Below are positions 18,174 through 27,278 of a stretch of 64,000 nt of DNA, in pieces. Origin of the DNA: an uncultured Candidatus Saccharibacteria bacterium (GTDB taxonomy: Bacteria; Patescibacteriota; Minisyncoccia; Minisyncoccales; MHMH01); the NCBI GenBank assembly GCA_964568775.1, contig CAZMQW010000001.1, positions 719 to 64,718 on the forward strand, read 5' to 3'. The translations under genes and the position numbers were made by a program. The notes beneath the pieces are model-generated. The model was not told where the DNA came from, did no database searches, and saw only the letters and a program-made list of their open reading frames with translations. Every line of letters begins with the position of its first letter. Positions within the stretch are counted from its first letter, which is position 1.

Positions 18174-19106
18174 TTATTTGATGATGCCCCCGCCCAAAAC
18201 TTCCTCGCCTTTATAAAAAACAACCGACTGACCGGGAGTTATAGCGCGCTGGGGGCGGCTGAAGACAACTTTGTTATTTTTATGAACCACGGCGGGAGCT
18301 GACTTCGAGCGATATCTGATTTTAGCTTTAACTTTCAAAGGAAACTTTAACGGCCTGCCCGCAATCCAATTGGCTTTTTTGAACGTCAATTCTTTTTTGA
18401 ATAAATCTTTTTCGTTTTTAGTCAGGATAAGGTTTTTCTCTGCATCCCTTCCCAAAACCCAAAATGGACCTCCTGGCAGCCCAATCCCCTTTCTTTGGCC
18501 AATTGTATAAAACTTTACCCCCGCAGGAATTTTAAAGCAGATATCTTGCGATCCAGCTTTTTCAAACATCGGCAGTCTGAATTTTTTAGTAAAATCCCTG
18601 ACTTCATCCTTAGTATACTGGCCGACCGGAAATAAAACGCGTTTCAATTGTTTTGAAGTGAGCCGCCAGAGGAAATACGACTGATCTTTATTTTTATCTT
18701 TAGCCTGCAGCAGCTTGCCCCGGAAAGCTCTGGCATAGTGGCCGGTGGCCACCAAATCAGCTTTTAAACCGAATAAAACGTCAAACTTTATTTCCTTATT
18801 GCAAACCACGCAAGGATTAGGCGTCCGGCCAGCTTGATATTCTTTCAAAAAATAATCGATGATCTTTTCTTTAAATTCTTTCCTCAAATCCAAAACCCGC
18901 AAGGGAATTTTAAGTATTCCGGCGATTCTCCGGGCTCTTTTTTCTCCTTCTTTGAAGTTCTGGGAATCGTAAAGTTTCAGAAAAACCCCTTCAACATTAA
19001 AACCAGCCCTTTTCAAAAGGGCCGCACTGACCGAGGAATCGACTCCTCCCGACATAGCGCAAATGACTTTTTTAGGAAAAACGGTCCGCAACGACTGAAG
19101 CGACAT
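18174..19106 (-). CDS. mnmA: tRNA 2-thiouridylase
   Basis: 310 aa with PP-loop CAMSGGVDSSVSA, NPCVVCN and ATGHYAR. Confidence 0.85.
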   Translation of the reverse strand: MSLQSLRTVFPKKVICAMSGGVDSSVSAALLKRAGFNVEGVFLKLYDSQNFKEGEKRARRIAGILKIPLRVLDLRKEFKEKIIDYFLKEYQAGRTPNPCVVCNKEIKFDVLFGLKADLVATGHYARAFRGKLLQAKDKNKDQSYFLWRLTSKQLKRVLFPVGQYTKDEVRDFTKKFRLPMFEKAGSQDICFKIPAGVKFYTIGQRKGIGLPGGPFWVLGRDAEKNLILTKNEKDLFKKELTFKKANWIAGRPLKFPLKVKAKIRYRSKSAPAVVHKNNKVVFSRPQRAITPGQSVVFYKGEEVLGGGIIK

Positions 19107-19587
19107 ATGATTCTGGTTTTATTTTTGGCTCAAACCCGTTGCCTCGGATCAAACCGACCACCTCTTTGATCATATCTTTGGTCTGGCCGTTCTCGCCCAC
19201 GTCAGCATGAATGTAGCGAAACTCGTAGTTGGTCGGCTTAACAGAAAACTTCTCCACGCGCTGGGCTATTTTTTCTCTCAGGGTCAAAGCCAGCTGACAG
19301 GAAAGATAAACCTCGTTCAAAATACGTTCTTTCCAGTTGTAGAATTTCTTACTGGACGGATATTTTATCCTTTTGAGAAAAAATCTACCACCTTCCCCCT
19401 TTCGCAAAGCAACTATGGCCAAAGGAAAATGAGGCTCCTCGCCCGAAGAAGAATCGCATCCGACAATAACGTCGTAGAATTTTTCCGGCTCTTCGGTAAT
19501 GTAGCTGAATAGTTCCTTAATCACCCCGTCGAGCGTCAAATTGCCCCGGGTGGGATTATAAAAATGACCGTTGATGATATCTTGCAT
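19072..19587 (-). CDS. YkuK/DUF458-like RNase-H-fold protein
   Basis: 171 aa. The layout ..VIVGCDSS.. FPLAIVALRKGEGGRFF.. IHADVGENG.. resembles the DUF458 family, recognised from memory only. Confidence 0.5.
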   Translation of the reverse strand: MQDIINGHFYNPTRGNLTLDGVIKELFSYITEEPEKFYDVIVGCDSSSGEEPHFPLAIVALRKGEGGRFFLKRIKYPSSKKFYNWKERILNEVYLSCQLALTLREKIAQRVEKFSVKPTNYEFRYIHADVGENGQTKDMIKEVVGLIRGNGFEPKIKPESYVASVVADRFS

Positions 19588-19597
19588 AAACTATCTT

Positions 19598-20221
19598 CTA
19601 ACGATAACAGACATTCTTGATTATGTCAATGAATTCTTTCGGCTTCAAGGATGCGCCCCCGACTAAAAGTCCCTGGAAGCCGGCTTCTTTAATATAGGTT
19701 GCCGCGTTTTGCGAATTAACGCTGCCACCGTACAACACCGGCACTCTTCCCGCAGCTTTATTAATAGCTATTCTCATTTTACTGGCCCTGGCCGGACTGC
19801 AGGCCTTGCCGGTGCCGATGGCAAAAAGCGGTTCGTAAGCGATAATTAGCCCTTTGGTGCTTTTGGGGATTTGCGAAACCTTATCAACGCACAAAATCGG
19901 CTTCAGCCCTGCTTTTAAAACAGCTTCCAATTTTCCAGCGATCATCTCGTTCGTTTCCCGCTGATATTTCCTTCTCTCCGAATGGCCGATAATAACGTAC
20001 TTGACCCCTAAGTTCTTAAGCATCAGGGGCGAAATTTCGCCGGTAAAAGCGCCTGATTTTTCCCAAAAAACATCCTGGGCGCCGTTAGCTTTCAAAACTG
20101 ACAAATAAATAAAAGGTGGACAAATAATGCCGCCTGATTTCTTAACCCGGCTGAAAAGAAGTTTGGCTTCTTTTAAGGTTTGGGGGTTCATTTTCCAGTT
20201 GGCGACGATTAAAGGTTTCAT
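19598..20221 (-). CDS. tpiA: triosephosphate isomerase (short form)
   Basis: 207 aa with IVANWKMN, IIGHSERR, AYEPLFAIGTG and LVGGASL. Confidence 0.85.
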   Translation of the reverse strand: MKPLIVANWKMNPQTLKEAKLLFSRVKKSGGIICPPFIYLSVLKANGAQDVFWEKSGAFTGEISPLMLKNLGVKYVIIGHSERRKYQRETNEMIAGKLEAVLKAGLKPILCVDKVSQIPKSTKGLIIAYEPLFAIGTGKACSPARASKMRIAINKAAGRVPVLYGGSVNSQNAATYIKEAGFQGLLVGGASLKPKEFIDIIKNVCYR

Positions 20222-20225
20222 AAGT

Positions 20226-20684
20226 TTAGATAAAATTTATTATTCCCAAAGTAGTTAAGGTGACGATGGCGCCGGCGATGACTACGCCGAGAACTATTAA
20301 AGGAAAAGCTTTTTTAAAAGGAATGCCGAAAACAAAAGCGCACAGAGAGCCGGTCCAGGCACCGGTAAACGGCAAAGGAATAGCCACTAAAATTACCAAG
20401 GCCAATTCTTTCCACCTCTCAAATTTCGCAGCATGCTTTTTCCTTGTTTTTTCAAACAACCAGTTGAAGAAACGATTTAAAAAAGCAAAGTGCCCGCTTA
20501 AATATCGTGAAACGGATTCTAATAGTAAAAGGATGAAAATAACCGGCACGATATTGCCAATAACGGAAAACAGATAAGCAGACCAAACCGGCAGCTGTTC
20601 GGCGCCCAAAGCCAGCGGAATCGATCCCCTCAGTTCGATAATCGGCGACATGGCGATTAAAAAAATTTTCAACTCAGCTATCAT
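20226..20684 (-). CDS. small multi-TM membrane protein (small multidrug-export-like, COG2426-like)
   Basis: 152 aa with 4 predicted TM helices. The SPIIELRGSIPLAL motif is typical of that family; this is a by-eye call. Confidence 0.5.
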   Translation of the reverse strand: MIAELKIFLIAMSPIIELRGSIPLALGAEQLPVWSAYLFSVIGNIVPVIFILLLLESVSRYLSGHFAFLNRFFNWLFEKTRKKHAAKFERWKELALVILVAIPLPFTGAWTGSLCAFVFGIPFKKAFPLIVLGVVIAGAIVTLTTLGIINFI

Positions 20685-20695
20685 GTGGTATTAAT

Positions 20696-20704
20696 ATTCT
20701 ACCA
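20696..20704 (-). promoter_or_regulatory. extended -10 element (TGgTAGAAT)
   Basis: Minus strand TGGTAGAAT, ending 11 nt before the ATG at 20684 and directly after a terminator. Confidence 0.4.
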
Positions 20705-20714
20705 TAAAAAACTT

Positions 20715-20757
20715 TAAAAATAAAAAGGGTGCTTAATCCGAAGACTAAAGCATCCTT
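20715..20757 (-). terminator. rho-independent terminator after the 72-aa ORF
   Basis: 10-bp stem AAGGAUGCUU/AAGCACCCUU (one G-U pair) followed by UUUAUUUUU on the minus strand. Confidence 0.55.
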
Positions 20758-20779
20758 TATTTTTGTTATTTAATCACGG

Positions 20780-20998
20780 CTATTTAATTATTTCGAGGTC
20801 CCAGGGATCAAAGCGTTCCCGTTCCCCCTCTATGATAACCCAGACTTTTACGTTTATATCATCAATTCCGTCGGTTTTTCCTTCTTTTCCGATGAATTTG
20901 GCAGGGTTAGAAGAGACGCCCTTGACCATTCCTTCCGGCCCCATATCTTTTATTTTAACCGTAAGCCCTTCTTCGACAAAATCAGATAAACCAGCCAT
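20780..20998 (-). CDS. hypothetical small protein
   Basis: 72-aa ORF with AAGGAGGG 5 nt upstream of the ATG. Follows map. Confidence 0.5.
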   Translation of the reverse strand: MAGLSDFVEEGLTVKIKDMGPEGMVKGVSSNPAKFIGKEGKTDGIDDINVKVWVIIEGERERFDPWDLEIIK

Positions 20999-21041
20999 TA
21001 AACCCTCCTTTGTATTTTATCTGCTCTATCTTAAGCTATTT

Positions 21042-21788
21042 TTAAACTACCGTCAATACTTTGGCTCCGTTTTTCGTCGCCACCATCATATGCTCGAAAT
21101 GGGCCGAAAGAGAACCGTCTTGCGTTTCAAAACCGAAGCCGTCTTTGTTTTTTTTAATATTATAATCCCCTACTACCACCATAGGCTCTAAACAAAAAAC
21201 CATGCCCTCCTTGATCTCTTCGCCGGTATGGCGGCTTCCATAATTCAAAATTTGCGGGTCTTCGTGCAGTTCCCGGCCGATGCCGTGGCCGCAAAGATCT
21301 CTGACCACTCCGAACCCCTGTCCCTCAACGTATCTTTGGATGGTATTGCCGATATCGCCGAAAGTGTTGCCAGGTTTTGCTTTCTTGATACCTCTTTTCA
21401 AGGCTTTCTTGGTCACCCTGATTAATCTGGCGGTCTCTGGCAAAACCTTGCCGACCGGCAAAGTCACGGCCATATCAGCGTGAAAGCCTTTATAAAAAAT
21501 ACCCAGATCAAGCGAAATAACATCGCCTTCTTTCAAAACTCTGGCCGAAGGAACAACATGAACTATCTCCTGGTTGATTGAAGCGCACAAACAGGTCGGA
21601 TATCCTTCATACCCTTTAAAAGAGCATTTTCCTCCGGATTTTAAAATCAGGGCTTCGGCTGCCCTGTTTAATTCAATAGTGGTAATGCCCGGCTTAACCC
21701 TTTTCTCCAGTTCTTTCATGATGCGGGCCAGAATTTTGCCACCTTCTCTCATTACCTCAATCTCTTTTTTCGACTTAATTGTAATCAT
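21042..21788 (-). CDS. map: methionine aminopeptidase type I
   Basis: 248 aa with metal ligands in the contexts ..ISLDLG.. FHADMA.. CGHGIG.. FCLEPM.. FEHM.. Confidence 0.95.
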   Translation of the reverse strand: MITIKSKKEIEVMREGGKILARIMKELEKRVKPGITTIELNRAAEALILKSGGKCSFKGYEGYPTCLCASINQEIVHVVPSARVLKEGDVISLDLGIFYKGFHADMAVTLPVGKVLPETARLIRVTKKALKRGIKKAKPGNTFGDIGNTIQRYVEGQGFGVVRDLCGHGIGRELHEDPQILNYGSRHTGEEIKEGMVFCLEPMVVVGDYNIKKNKDGFGFETQDGSLSAHFEHMMVATKNGAKVLTVV

Positions 21789-22450
21789 TTGACAGCTTTG
21801 AGTACGTCTTTAAAAACAGCTTCGATTAACTGCTCGCCGTTGATCCTGATCAACTTCCCTCTCTTTTTATAATAATTAATGACCGGCATTACTTCTTTCT
21901 TAAACCAGCCCAGCCTGTTCCTGATAGCTTTTTCGTTATCGTCTTTCCTGGTGAAAAGCTCTCCGCCGCACTTGTCGCATTTCTTCATTTTTCTGAATTC
22001 ACCGACAAAAGGCATAATCCGGCCGCATTTCCTGCACATCCTTCTCCTGGTCAATCGCCAGACAGCTTCTTTTAAAGAAATATCAATGTAAATGACTTTT
22101 TTATTTTTCCACTCGTACCAATCCAAAGCCAATTCCAGCATTTCTGCTTCGGGAACGGTCCGCGGGCTGCCTTCTACGGCCAATCCTTTAAATCTTTTTT
22201 TATTCTTGAACTCCTCCAGTTTATCCATCCACATTTTAAAAATAACCGGCGTGGGGACTCTTAACCCCCGGTCTATCACCCGGCCAATTTTTGCTCCGGT
22301 AAAATCTTTTTTCTTTTTTCTTGCCCTCAGTAAATCTCCGCTGCTAATGTATTCCAGGCCAAATTTTTCTATTAACATCTTAGCCTGGGTTCCTTTGCCA
22401 GAACCCTGAACGCCTAAAATAATAATGGCTAATGGTTTAGAAGGTTTCAT
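21785..22450 (-). CDS. adk: adenylate kinase (Zn-lid form)
   Basis: P-loop ILGVQGSGKGTQAK and LID region CRKCGR...CDKCGG. Confidence 0.9.
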   Translation of the reverse strand: MKPSKPLAIIILGVQGSGKGTQAKMLIEKFGLEYISSGDLLRARKKKKDFTGAKIGRVIDRGLRVPTPVIFKMWMDKLEEFKNKKRFKGLAVEGSPRTVPEAEMLELALDWYEWKNKKVIYIDISLKEAVWRLTRRRMCRKCGRIMPFVGEFRKMKKCDKCGGELFTRKDDNEKAIRNRLGWFKKEVMPVINYYKKRGKLIRINGEQLIEAVFKDVLKAVK

Positions 22451-23717
22451 ATTCTCTCATTTGCAATTGAGCGTTAATTTGCCGCATGGTTTCCAGAACA
22501 ACCGAAACAGTAATCAGCAGAGCCGTGCCGCCGATCAAGAAAGAAAAAACAGTGATGCCGGTCGCCCCCCCGACGATAGAGGGCAAAACCGCAATGGTTC
22601 CCAAAAACAGGGCGCCGATCAGCAGAATGCGGTTTAAAATATAATAAAGGAAATTGGCGGTTGACTCACCCGGTCTGATGCCGGGCACGAAACCGCCCAT
22701 TTTCTGCAAATTGGAAGCAATTGCTTTTGGGTCAAAGGTAACAGCCGTATAGAAATAAGTGAAAAGACAGACCAAAATAAAATATAAAATGCCGTAAATC
22801 CAAATGTTCTCAAAAAGAGCACCGATGTACTGCGCTACTTGACCGACCATGCCGCCAGCGCCCGACAGGAAATTGGCAATCATCCCCGGGAAAAGCATAA
22901 TAGAGAGAGCGAAAATAATCGGTATCACCCCGGCCGGATTAATGTTCAGGGGTAAATAAGTTGACACTCCCCCGTACATGCGCGTACCTTTGACTCTTTT
23001 AGCATAAGAAACGGGTATGTTGCGTCGGCCTTCGTTAATCAAAACCACGCCCGCTATAATCAGCAAAGCCATGCCGAAAAAGAGCAGATAAGCGGGTAAT
23101 TGAGACGGATCCCATTTGACGATAGATTCTCTGATGCTGGTCGGCACTTGGGCGATAATGCCGGCAAAAATCAGCAAGCTGACGCCGTTGCCGATTCCTC
23201 TTTCAGTAATCAACTCACCCAGCCACATTAAAAAGAGACAGCCGGCCGCCACGGTAATAATGGAGGTTAAAACAGTGGCCGGTGAAATTGCGCCGATTGC
23301 TCCCTGCCTTTGGAATAATGTCAGCATGGCATAGCCCTGCAGCATGGCCAATGGCACGGTTAAAATCCTGCCGTACTGGTTGAATTTTCGTTTGCCGGCC
23401 TCGCCTTCTTCTTTATACATGCGTTCCAATGGCGGGAAAATCATGGTCAAAAGCTGCATGATAATGGTGGCGGTAATGTAGGGGCCCAAACCCAACATAA
23501 CGATCGAAAGGTTGGCTAAAGTGCCGCCGGTAAAAAGATTCAAAAGGCCGAAAACCTGGAACTGGTCAAAAAACGATTTTAGATTCTCAATATCAATGCC
23601 CGGCATGGGAATGCTGGCCATCAACCGAAAAACAACAAAAACCCCCAGAACAAAGAGGATTTTCTTCCGCAGATCGGGAATTTTAAATACTTGAATGACT
23701 TTATTTAACCAGGCCAT
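22437..23717 (-). CDS. secY: preprotein translocase subunit SecY
   Basis: 426 aa, 10-TM pattern, canonical position after rplO. Confidence 0.95.
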   Translation of the reverse strand: MAWLNKVIQVFKIPDLRKKILFVLGVFVVFRLMASIPMPGIDIENLKSFFDQFQVFGLLNLFTGGTLANLSIVMLGLGPYITATIIMQLLTMIFPPLERMYKEEGEAGKRKFNQYGRILTVPLAMLQGYAMLTLFQRQGAIGAISPATVLTSIITVAAGCLFLMWLGELITERGIGNGVSLLIFAGIIAQVPTSIRESIVKWDPSQLPAYLLFFGMALLIIAGVVLINEGRRNIPVSYAKRVKGTRMYGGVSTYLPLNINPAGVIPIIFALSIMLFPGMIANFLSGAGGMVGQVAQYIGALFENIWIYGILYFILVCLFTYFYTAVTFDPKAIASNLQKMGGFVPGIRPGESTANFLYYILNRILLIGALFLGTIAVLPSIVGGATGITVFSFLIGGTALLITVSVVLETMRQINAQLQMREYETF

Positions 23718-24132
23718 TGGCTTTTTTGATTTGGTCGGCAGCTCCCTTTGATATCTTGCAGCCTTCGACCGTTAAAGATTTGCTCAACTTGCCTTTGCCC
23801 AAAATCTTGACCGGGGGCATCTTCCCTTTTATTTTACGAATTAATTTGTTCTCGAGCAAGGTTTGGGGGTTGACGGTTCCGCCGGCTTTGAACTTTTTTT
23901 CCAGTTCGGCCAAATTGACAATGGCCGGCTTTCTGCTCCGGGAACTGAATCTGTAGCCCCTTAATTTGGGATATCTTTTCAGCACGCTGCGGATAGCTGG
24001 CTTTAACCTGCGGCCCGACCTAGATTTCTGACCTTTCATGCCCCGGCCCGAATAAGTGCCTCTTTTGCCGCCTCGGCCGACTCTTTTCCTTGTTTTTTTT
24101 CTGTGAGTTGGTTTAAGTTCGTGGAGCTGCAT
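23701..24132 (-). CDS. rplO: 50S ribosomal protein L15
   Basis: MQLHELKPTHRKKTRKRVGRGGKRGTYSGRG.. Confidence 0.9.
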   Translation of the reverse strand: MQLHELKPTHRKKTRKRVGRGGKRGTYSGRGMKGQKSRSGRRLKPAIRSVLKRYPKLRGYRFSSRSRKPAIVNLAELEKKFKAGGTVNPQTLLENKLIRKIKGKMPPVKILGKGKLSKSLTVEGCKISKGAADQIKKANGLVK

Positions 24133-24610
24133 TTTGTTTAAGCTTTAATTTTTTCAAAGATTCCATGGTCGCCCGGGCATTGTTGATTTTATTGCCGGTT
24201 CGGCTGAGAATTTTCGAGGAAATGTTTCTAATGCCGGCCAAACTGCAAACCACCCTGACCGTACCGCCGGCCACCAGTCCACGGCCCTTTCGCTGCGGCC
24301 TTAATAAAACCCGGGCCGCTCCGACCTTGGCTTCAACCTCGTGAGGAATGGTATCTTCCACAATCGGTATCTCAATCAGATATTTTTTGGACAGCCGGGT
24401 GGCTTTTTCAATCGCCAGCTGGACATCGCTCCCCTTGGCAATACCCAAACCAACCTTGCCTTTTTTGTCGCCGGTCACAATTACGGCCCTAAATCTCATT
24501 TTCCGGCCGCCGGCCCTGGTATGGGAAATTCTGGCCAAATCTAAAAGCTTGGACTCAAATTCGTCTTTCGGTTTTTCTTTATGAAATTTTCTAAATCTCT
24601 CTCTGTACAT
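24113..24610 (-). CDS. rpsE: 30S ribosomal protein S5
   Basis: ..RFRAVIVTGDKKGKVGLGIAKG.. I chose the ATG at 24610 because the track start at 24619 is TTG. The 3' end overlaps rplO by 20 nt, with no L30 gene between them. Confidence 0.9.
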   Translation of the reverse strand: MYRERFRKFHKEKPKDEFESKLLDLARISHTRAGGRKMRFRAVIVTGDKKGKVGLGIAKGSDVQLAIEKATRLSKKYLIEIPIVEDTIPHEVEAKVGAARVLLRPQRKGRGLVAGGTVRVVCSLAGIRNISSKILSRTGNKINNARATMESLKKLKLKQNAAPRT

Positions 24611-24612
24611 AA

Positions 24613-24640
24613 TTGACAATTTTACCTTATTTTATAAAAT
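24613..24640 (+). promoter_or_regulatory. promoter of the plus-strand small membrane protein gene
   Basis: TTGACA-N16-TAAAAT, followed by the SD GGAAAGGAGGG 6 nt before the ATG at 24666. Confidence 0.55.
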
Positions 24641-24647
24641 GATTCAA
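24619..24647 (-). promoter_or_regulatory. promoter of rpsE-rplO-secY-adk-map
   Basis: Minus strand TTGAAT-N17-TAAAAT, with the -10 ending 8 nt before the rpsE ATG. Confidence 0.5.
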
Positions 24648-24665
24648 TAGGAAAGGAGGGCTGAA

Positions 24666-24914
24666 ATGAAAAAAGAGCTTAAGGCAATCCTGGCTGATAT
24701 CATCATACTTATCGCGGCCATGGCCCTGGTAATCGCCGGAGGAGAGGCATTAATCCGTTCCCATTATCCTGCAGGAGCTCCGGCCTGGATGTATATATCT
24801 GCTCTTTGCCTGATGACAGCGGTAATAGTGATAGCTGATAAATGGAGCTGGTATTTTATCTTCTCAAAGATCTTTGAAAAATTCCGGCACATCTTTTCTG
24901 AAAGATTTCTTTAA
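24666..24914 (+). CDS. small two-TM membrane protein encoded antisense to the spc cluster
   Basis: 82 aa with its own promoter, a strong SD and its own terminator. Confidence 0.65.
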   Translation: MKKELKAILADIIILIAAMALVIAGGEALIRSHYPAGAPAWMYISALCLMTAVIVIADKWSWYFIFSKIFEKFRHIFSERFL

Positions 24915-24947
24915 GAGGGTTTCTGCAATGCTTTGCCCTCTTTTTAT
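24914..24947 (+). terminator. rho-independent terminator
   Basis: AGAGGG(24914-19)...CCCTCT(24936-41) followed by TTTTTATTT. Confidence 0.6.
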
Positions 24948-25295
24948 TTAAAATTTCAATCCGCCTTCCCGGGCGCCTTCGGCTACGGCCTTGACCCGGC
25001 CGTGGTATTTGTACCCGCCCCGGTCAAAAACAACTTTTTCAATCTTTTTCTCCAAGGCTTTTTTGGCAACCGATTTCCCGACTTCTTTTGCCCAGTCAGC
25101 TTTTATTTTTTTGCTTTTCTTAAACTCCTGGCTACTGGCCGAAACAATCGTTTTGCCTTTGTCGTCGTCAACCAATTGAACATAGATATGCTGGTGCGAA
25201 CGGAAAACAACCAGTCTTGGTACTTTAGCCGTACCTTTTATTTTAGCTCTTACTCTCCGATGACGTCTTAATCTTTTTACTTGTTTATTCAACAT
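24948..25295 (-). CDS. rplR: 50S ribosomal protein L18
   Basis: [41 protein letters not shown].. I chose the ATG at 25295, just after the rplF stop. Confidence 0.9.
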   Translation of the reverse strand: MLNKQVKRLRRHRRVRAKIKGTAKVPRLVVFRSHQHIYVQLVDDDKGKTIVSASSQEFKKSKKIKADWAKEVGKSVAKKALEKKIEKVVFDRGGYKYHGRVKAVAEGAREGGLKF

Positions 25296-25296
25296 A

Positions 25297-25842
25297 TTAT
25301 TGGGCGGTGGTAGCGGCTTTTTTGCCGACCTTTCTTCTAATTTGTTCTCCGGCATATCTAATGCCCTTGCCCTTATAGGGTTCGGGCGGTCTGACCTGCC
25401 TTATTTTGGCGGCCATCTGACCGACCAATCCCTTATCAACTCCGTTGATAGTAATAATATTCTTCTCGGCCGCAAATTTAATATTTTCTGGCGCTTTTAT
25501 CTTAACCGGATGGGAAAAGCCGATATTCAAAACCAAATCCTGGCCCTCTAAACTGGCTTTGTAGCCGACGCCTTCAATCTCTAATTTTTTCTCATAACCT
25601 TCGCTCACCCCCTTGACGTCGTTCTGCAGCAGAGCCCTGGTCAGTCCCCATAAAGCCCTTGTTTTTTTAGTTTCTATTTGGACTGTGGCAAAGATTTTTC
25701 CTTCTTTAGTTTCAACCTTGATCTCCGGCCGAACCGTCTGGGAAAGTTCGCCTTTTGGGCCTTTGATATTTACCTGCTGGCCAATAATTTTCACTTCGAC
25801 GCCCTGGGGTATTTCAATTGGTTTTTTGCCGATTCTTGACAT
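25297..25842 (-). CDS. rplF: 50S ribosomal protein L6
   Basis: [17 protein letters not shown].. Confidence 0.95.
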   Translation of the reverse strand: MSRIGKKPIEIPQGVEVKIIGQQVNIKGPKGELSQTVRPEIKVETKEGKIFATVQIETKKTRALWGLTRALLQNDVKGVSEGYEKKLEIEGVGYKASLEGQDLVLNIGFSHPVKIKAPENIKFAAEKNIITINGVDKGLVGQMAAKIRQVRPPEPYKGKGIRYAGEQIRRKVGKKAATTAQ

Positions 25843-25843
25843 A

Positions 25844-26230
25844 TTACCAAATTTCGCAGAGAACTTCTCCGCCTAATTTTTGTTTTTTAGCTTCTTTCCC
25901 CGTCATAAGACCTTTAGAGGTTGAAATGATGGCCAAACCGTAGCCGCCTTTGACCGGCCTGATTTTTTTGGCCGGCAGATAGATTCTCTGGCCCGGCTTG
26001 GAAACTCTCTTCAACCCCGAAATAATCCCTACTTTATTCTCGTATTTCAAAGTAATCTCAATGGATTTTTTTTCCTTTTTGCCTGCCTTAACCACCTTTC
26101 CAATTAAGCCTTTTTTCTCCAAAAGCTTAGCTATCCCGTATTTCAAATCGGAATAAGGCATCTCAACTTGGGGATGTAAAACAGCCTGCGCGTTCCTTAT
26201 TCTGTTTAACATGTCTGTTATTGGATCCAT
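25844..26230 (-). CDS. rpsH: 30S ribosomal protein S8
   Basis: DPITDMLNRIRNA.. Confidence 0.95.
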   Translation of the reverse strand: MDPITDMLNRIRNAQAVLHPQVEMPYSDLKYGIAKLLEKKGLIGKVVKAGKKEKKSIEITLKYENKVGIISGLKRVSKPGQRIYLPAKKIRPVKGGYGLAIISTSKGLMTGKEAKKQKLGGEVLCEIW

Positions 26231-26234
26231 ATGT

Positions 26235-26420
26235 TTACCAGCTTGATTTTTTAACGCCGGGGATTAAACCTTTATTAGCCATTTCTCTAAAACAGATCCG
26301 GCAAAGGCCGAACTTTCTCATATAACCTCTTTTCCGGCCGCAGCGAAAACAACGCCGCACCAATCGACTTGAATACTTCGGTTTCTTTTTTGATTTAGCT
26401 ATTTGCGCTTTGGTGGCCAT
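26235..26420 (-). CDS. rpsN: 30S ribosomal protein S14, type Z (Zn form)
   Basis: 61 aa with [20 protein letters not shown]. Confidence 0.95.
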   Translation of the reverse strand: MATKAQIAKSKKKPKYSSRLVRRCFRCGRKRGYMRKFGLCRICFREMANKGLIPGVKKSSW

Positions 26421-26421
26421 A

Positions 26422-26976
26422 TTATTTAATCGGTAAACCTAATGATTTTAATAATTTCAAACCTTTTCCCCTATCCTTGGCGGTCGTCACAATGGTAACC
26501 TCAAAACTGAAAAGCATCTTAGTTTTTTCCGGCGATATTTCCGGAAAAGCGATGTGCTCTTTAATCGCCAGGGTTAAATTGCCCTGCCCGTCAACGGCTT
26601 GCGACTCAATCCCCTGAAAATCACGGGAGCGCGGCAGAGCCATGTGAATCAGCCTTTCTAAAAAATCATACATTTTCTGGCCTCTCAGAGTAACACAAGC
26701 CCCTATCGGCATGCCTTTTCTGGTTTTAAAGCTGGCGATGGCTTTCTTGGCCCGGGTCAAGACAGCTCTCTGTCCAGCGATCAAAGTCAAATCATTAATC
26801 ACAGCTTCCTGGATTTTTTTCTGCTCTTCTCCGGTCTTGCCGACCACCTGCCGGCCAAATCCGGTATTCAAAACAATCTTGTCAATCCTGGGAACGGCCA
26901 TATTACTCCGACAGCCGAACTCTTTCATCAACTGGGGCACTATTTCTTTTTGGTATTTTTCTTTTAAACGCATCAT
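26422..26976 (-). CDS. rplE: 50S ribosomal protein L5
   Basis: [21 protein letters not shown].. The ATG at 26976 overlaps the rplX TGA. Confidence 0.9.
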   Translation of the reverse strand: MMRLKEKYQKEIVPQLMKEFGCRSNMAVPRIDKIVLNTGFGRQVVGKTGEEQKKIQEAVINDLTLIAGQRAVLTRAKKAIASFKTRKGMPIGACVTLRGQKMYDFLERLIHMALPRSRDFQGIESQAVDGQGNLTLAIKEHIAFPEISPEKTKMLFSFEVTIVTTAKDRGKGLKLLKSLGLPIK

Positions 26977-27278
26977 AATTCTTTGCCGCATTTCTTGCAA
27001 ATGCGGTATTTATTATTTTCAATAATTTTATGACCGATCCGAGTGGGCTGACCGCACTTGGGACAAATCAGTTTGACGTTGGAAACAGCAATTGGTGAGG
27101 GCACCTGAACTATCTGGCCTTTTTCGCCGGATTTCTTGGGTCGGACGTGCTTTTTCCTAATGTTGACGCCTTCAACCATTACTTTCTCCTCTTGAGGAAA
27201 AACATCCAAAACCTTGCCTCTCTTGCCCCGGTCTTTGCCTGAAATTATTAATACTTGGTCGTCTTTTTTGATTTTCAT
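26973..27278 (-). CDS. rplX: 50S ribosomal protein L24 with C-terminal CxxC..CxxC
   Basis: MKIKKDDQVLIISGKDRGKRGKV.. (KOW motif). The C-terminus is CPKCGQPTRIGHKIIENNKYRICKKCG. Confidence 0.9.
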   Translation of the reverse strand: MKIKKDDQVLIISGKDRGKRGKVLDVFPQEEKVMVEGVNIRKKHVRPKKSGEKGQIVQVPSPIAVSNVKLICPKCGQPTRIGHKIIENNKYRICKKCGKEL

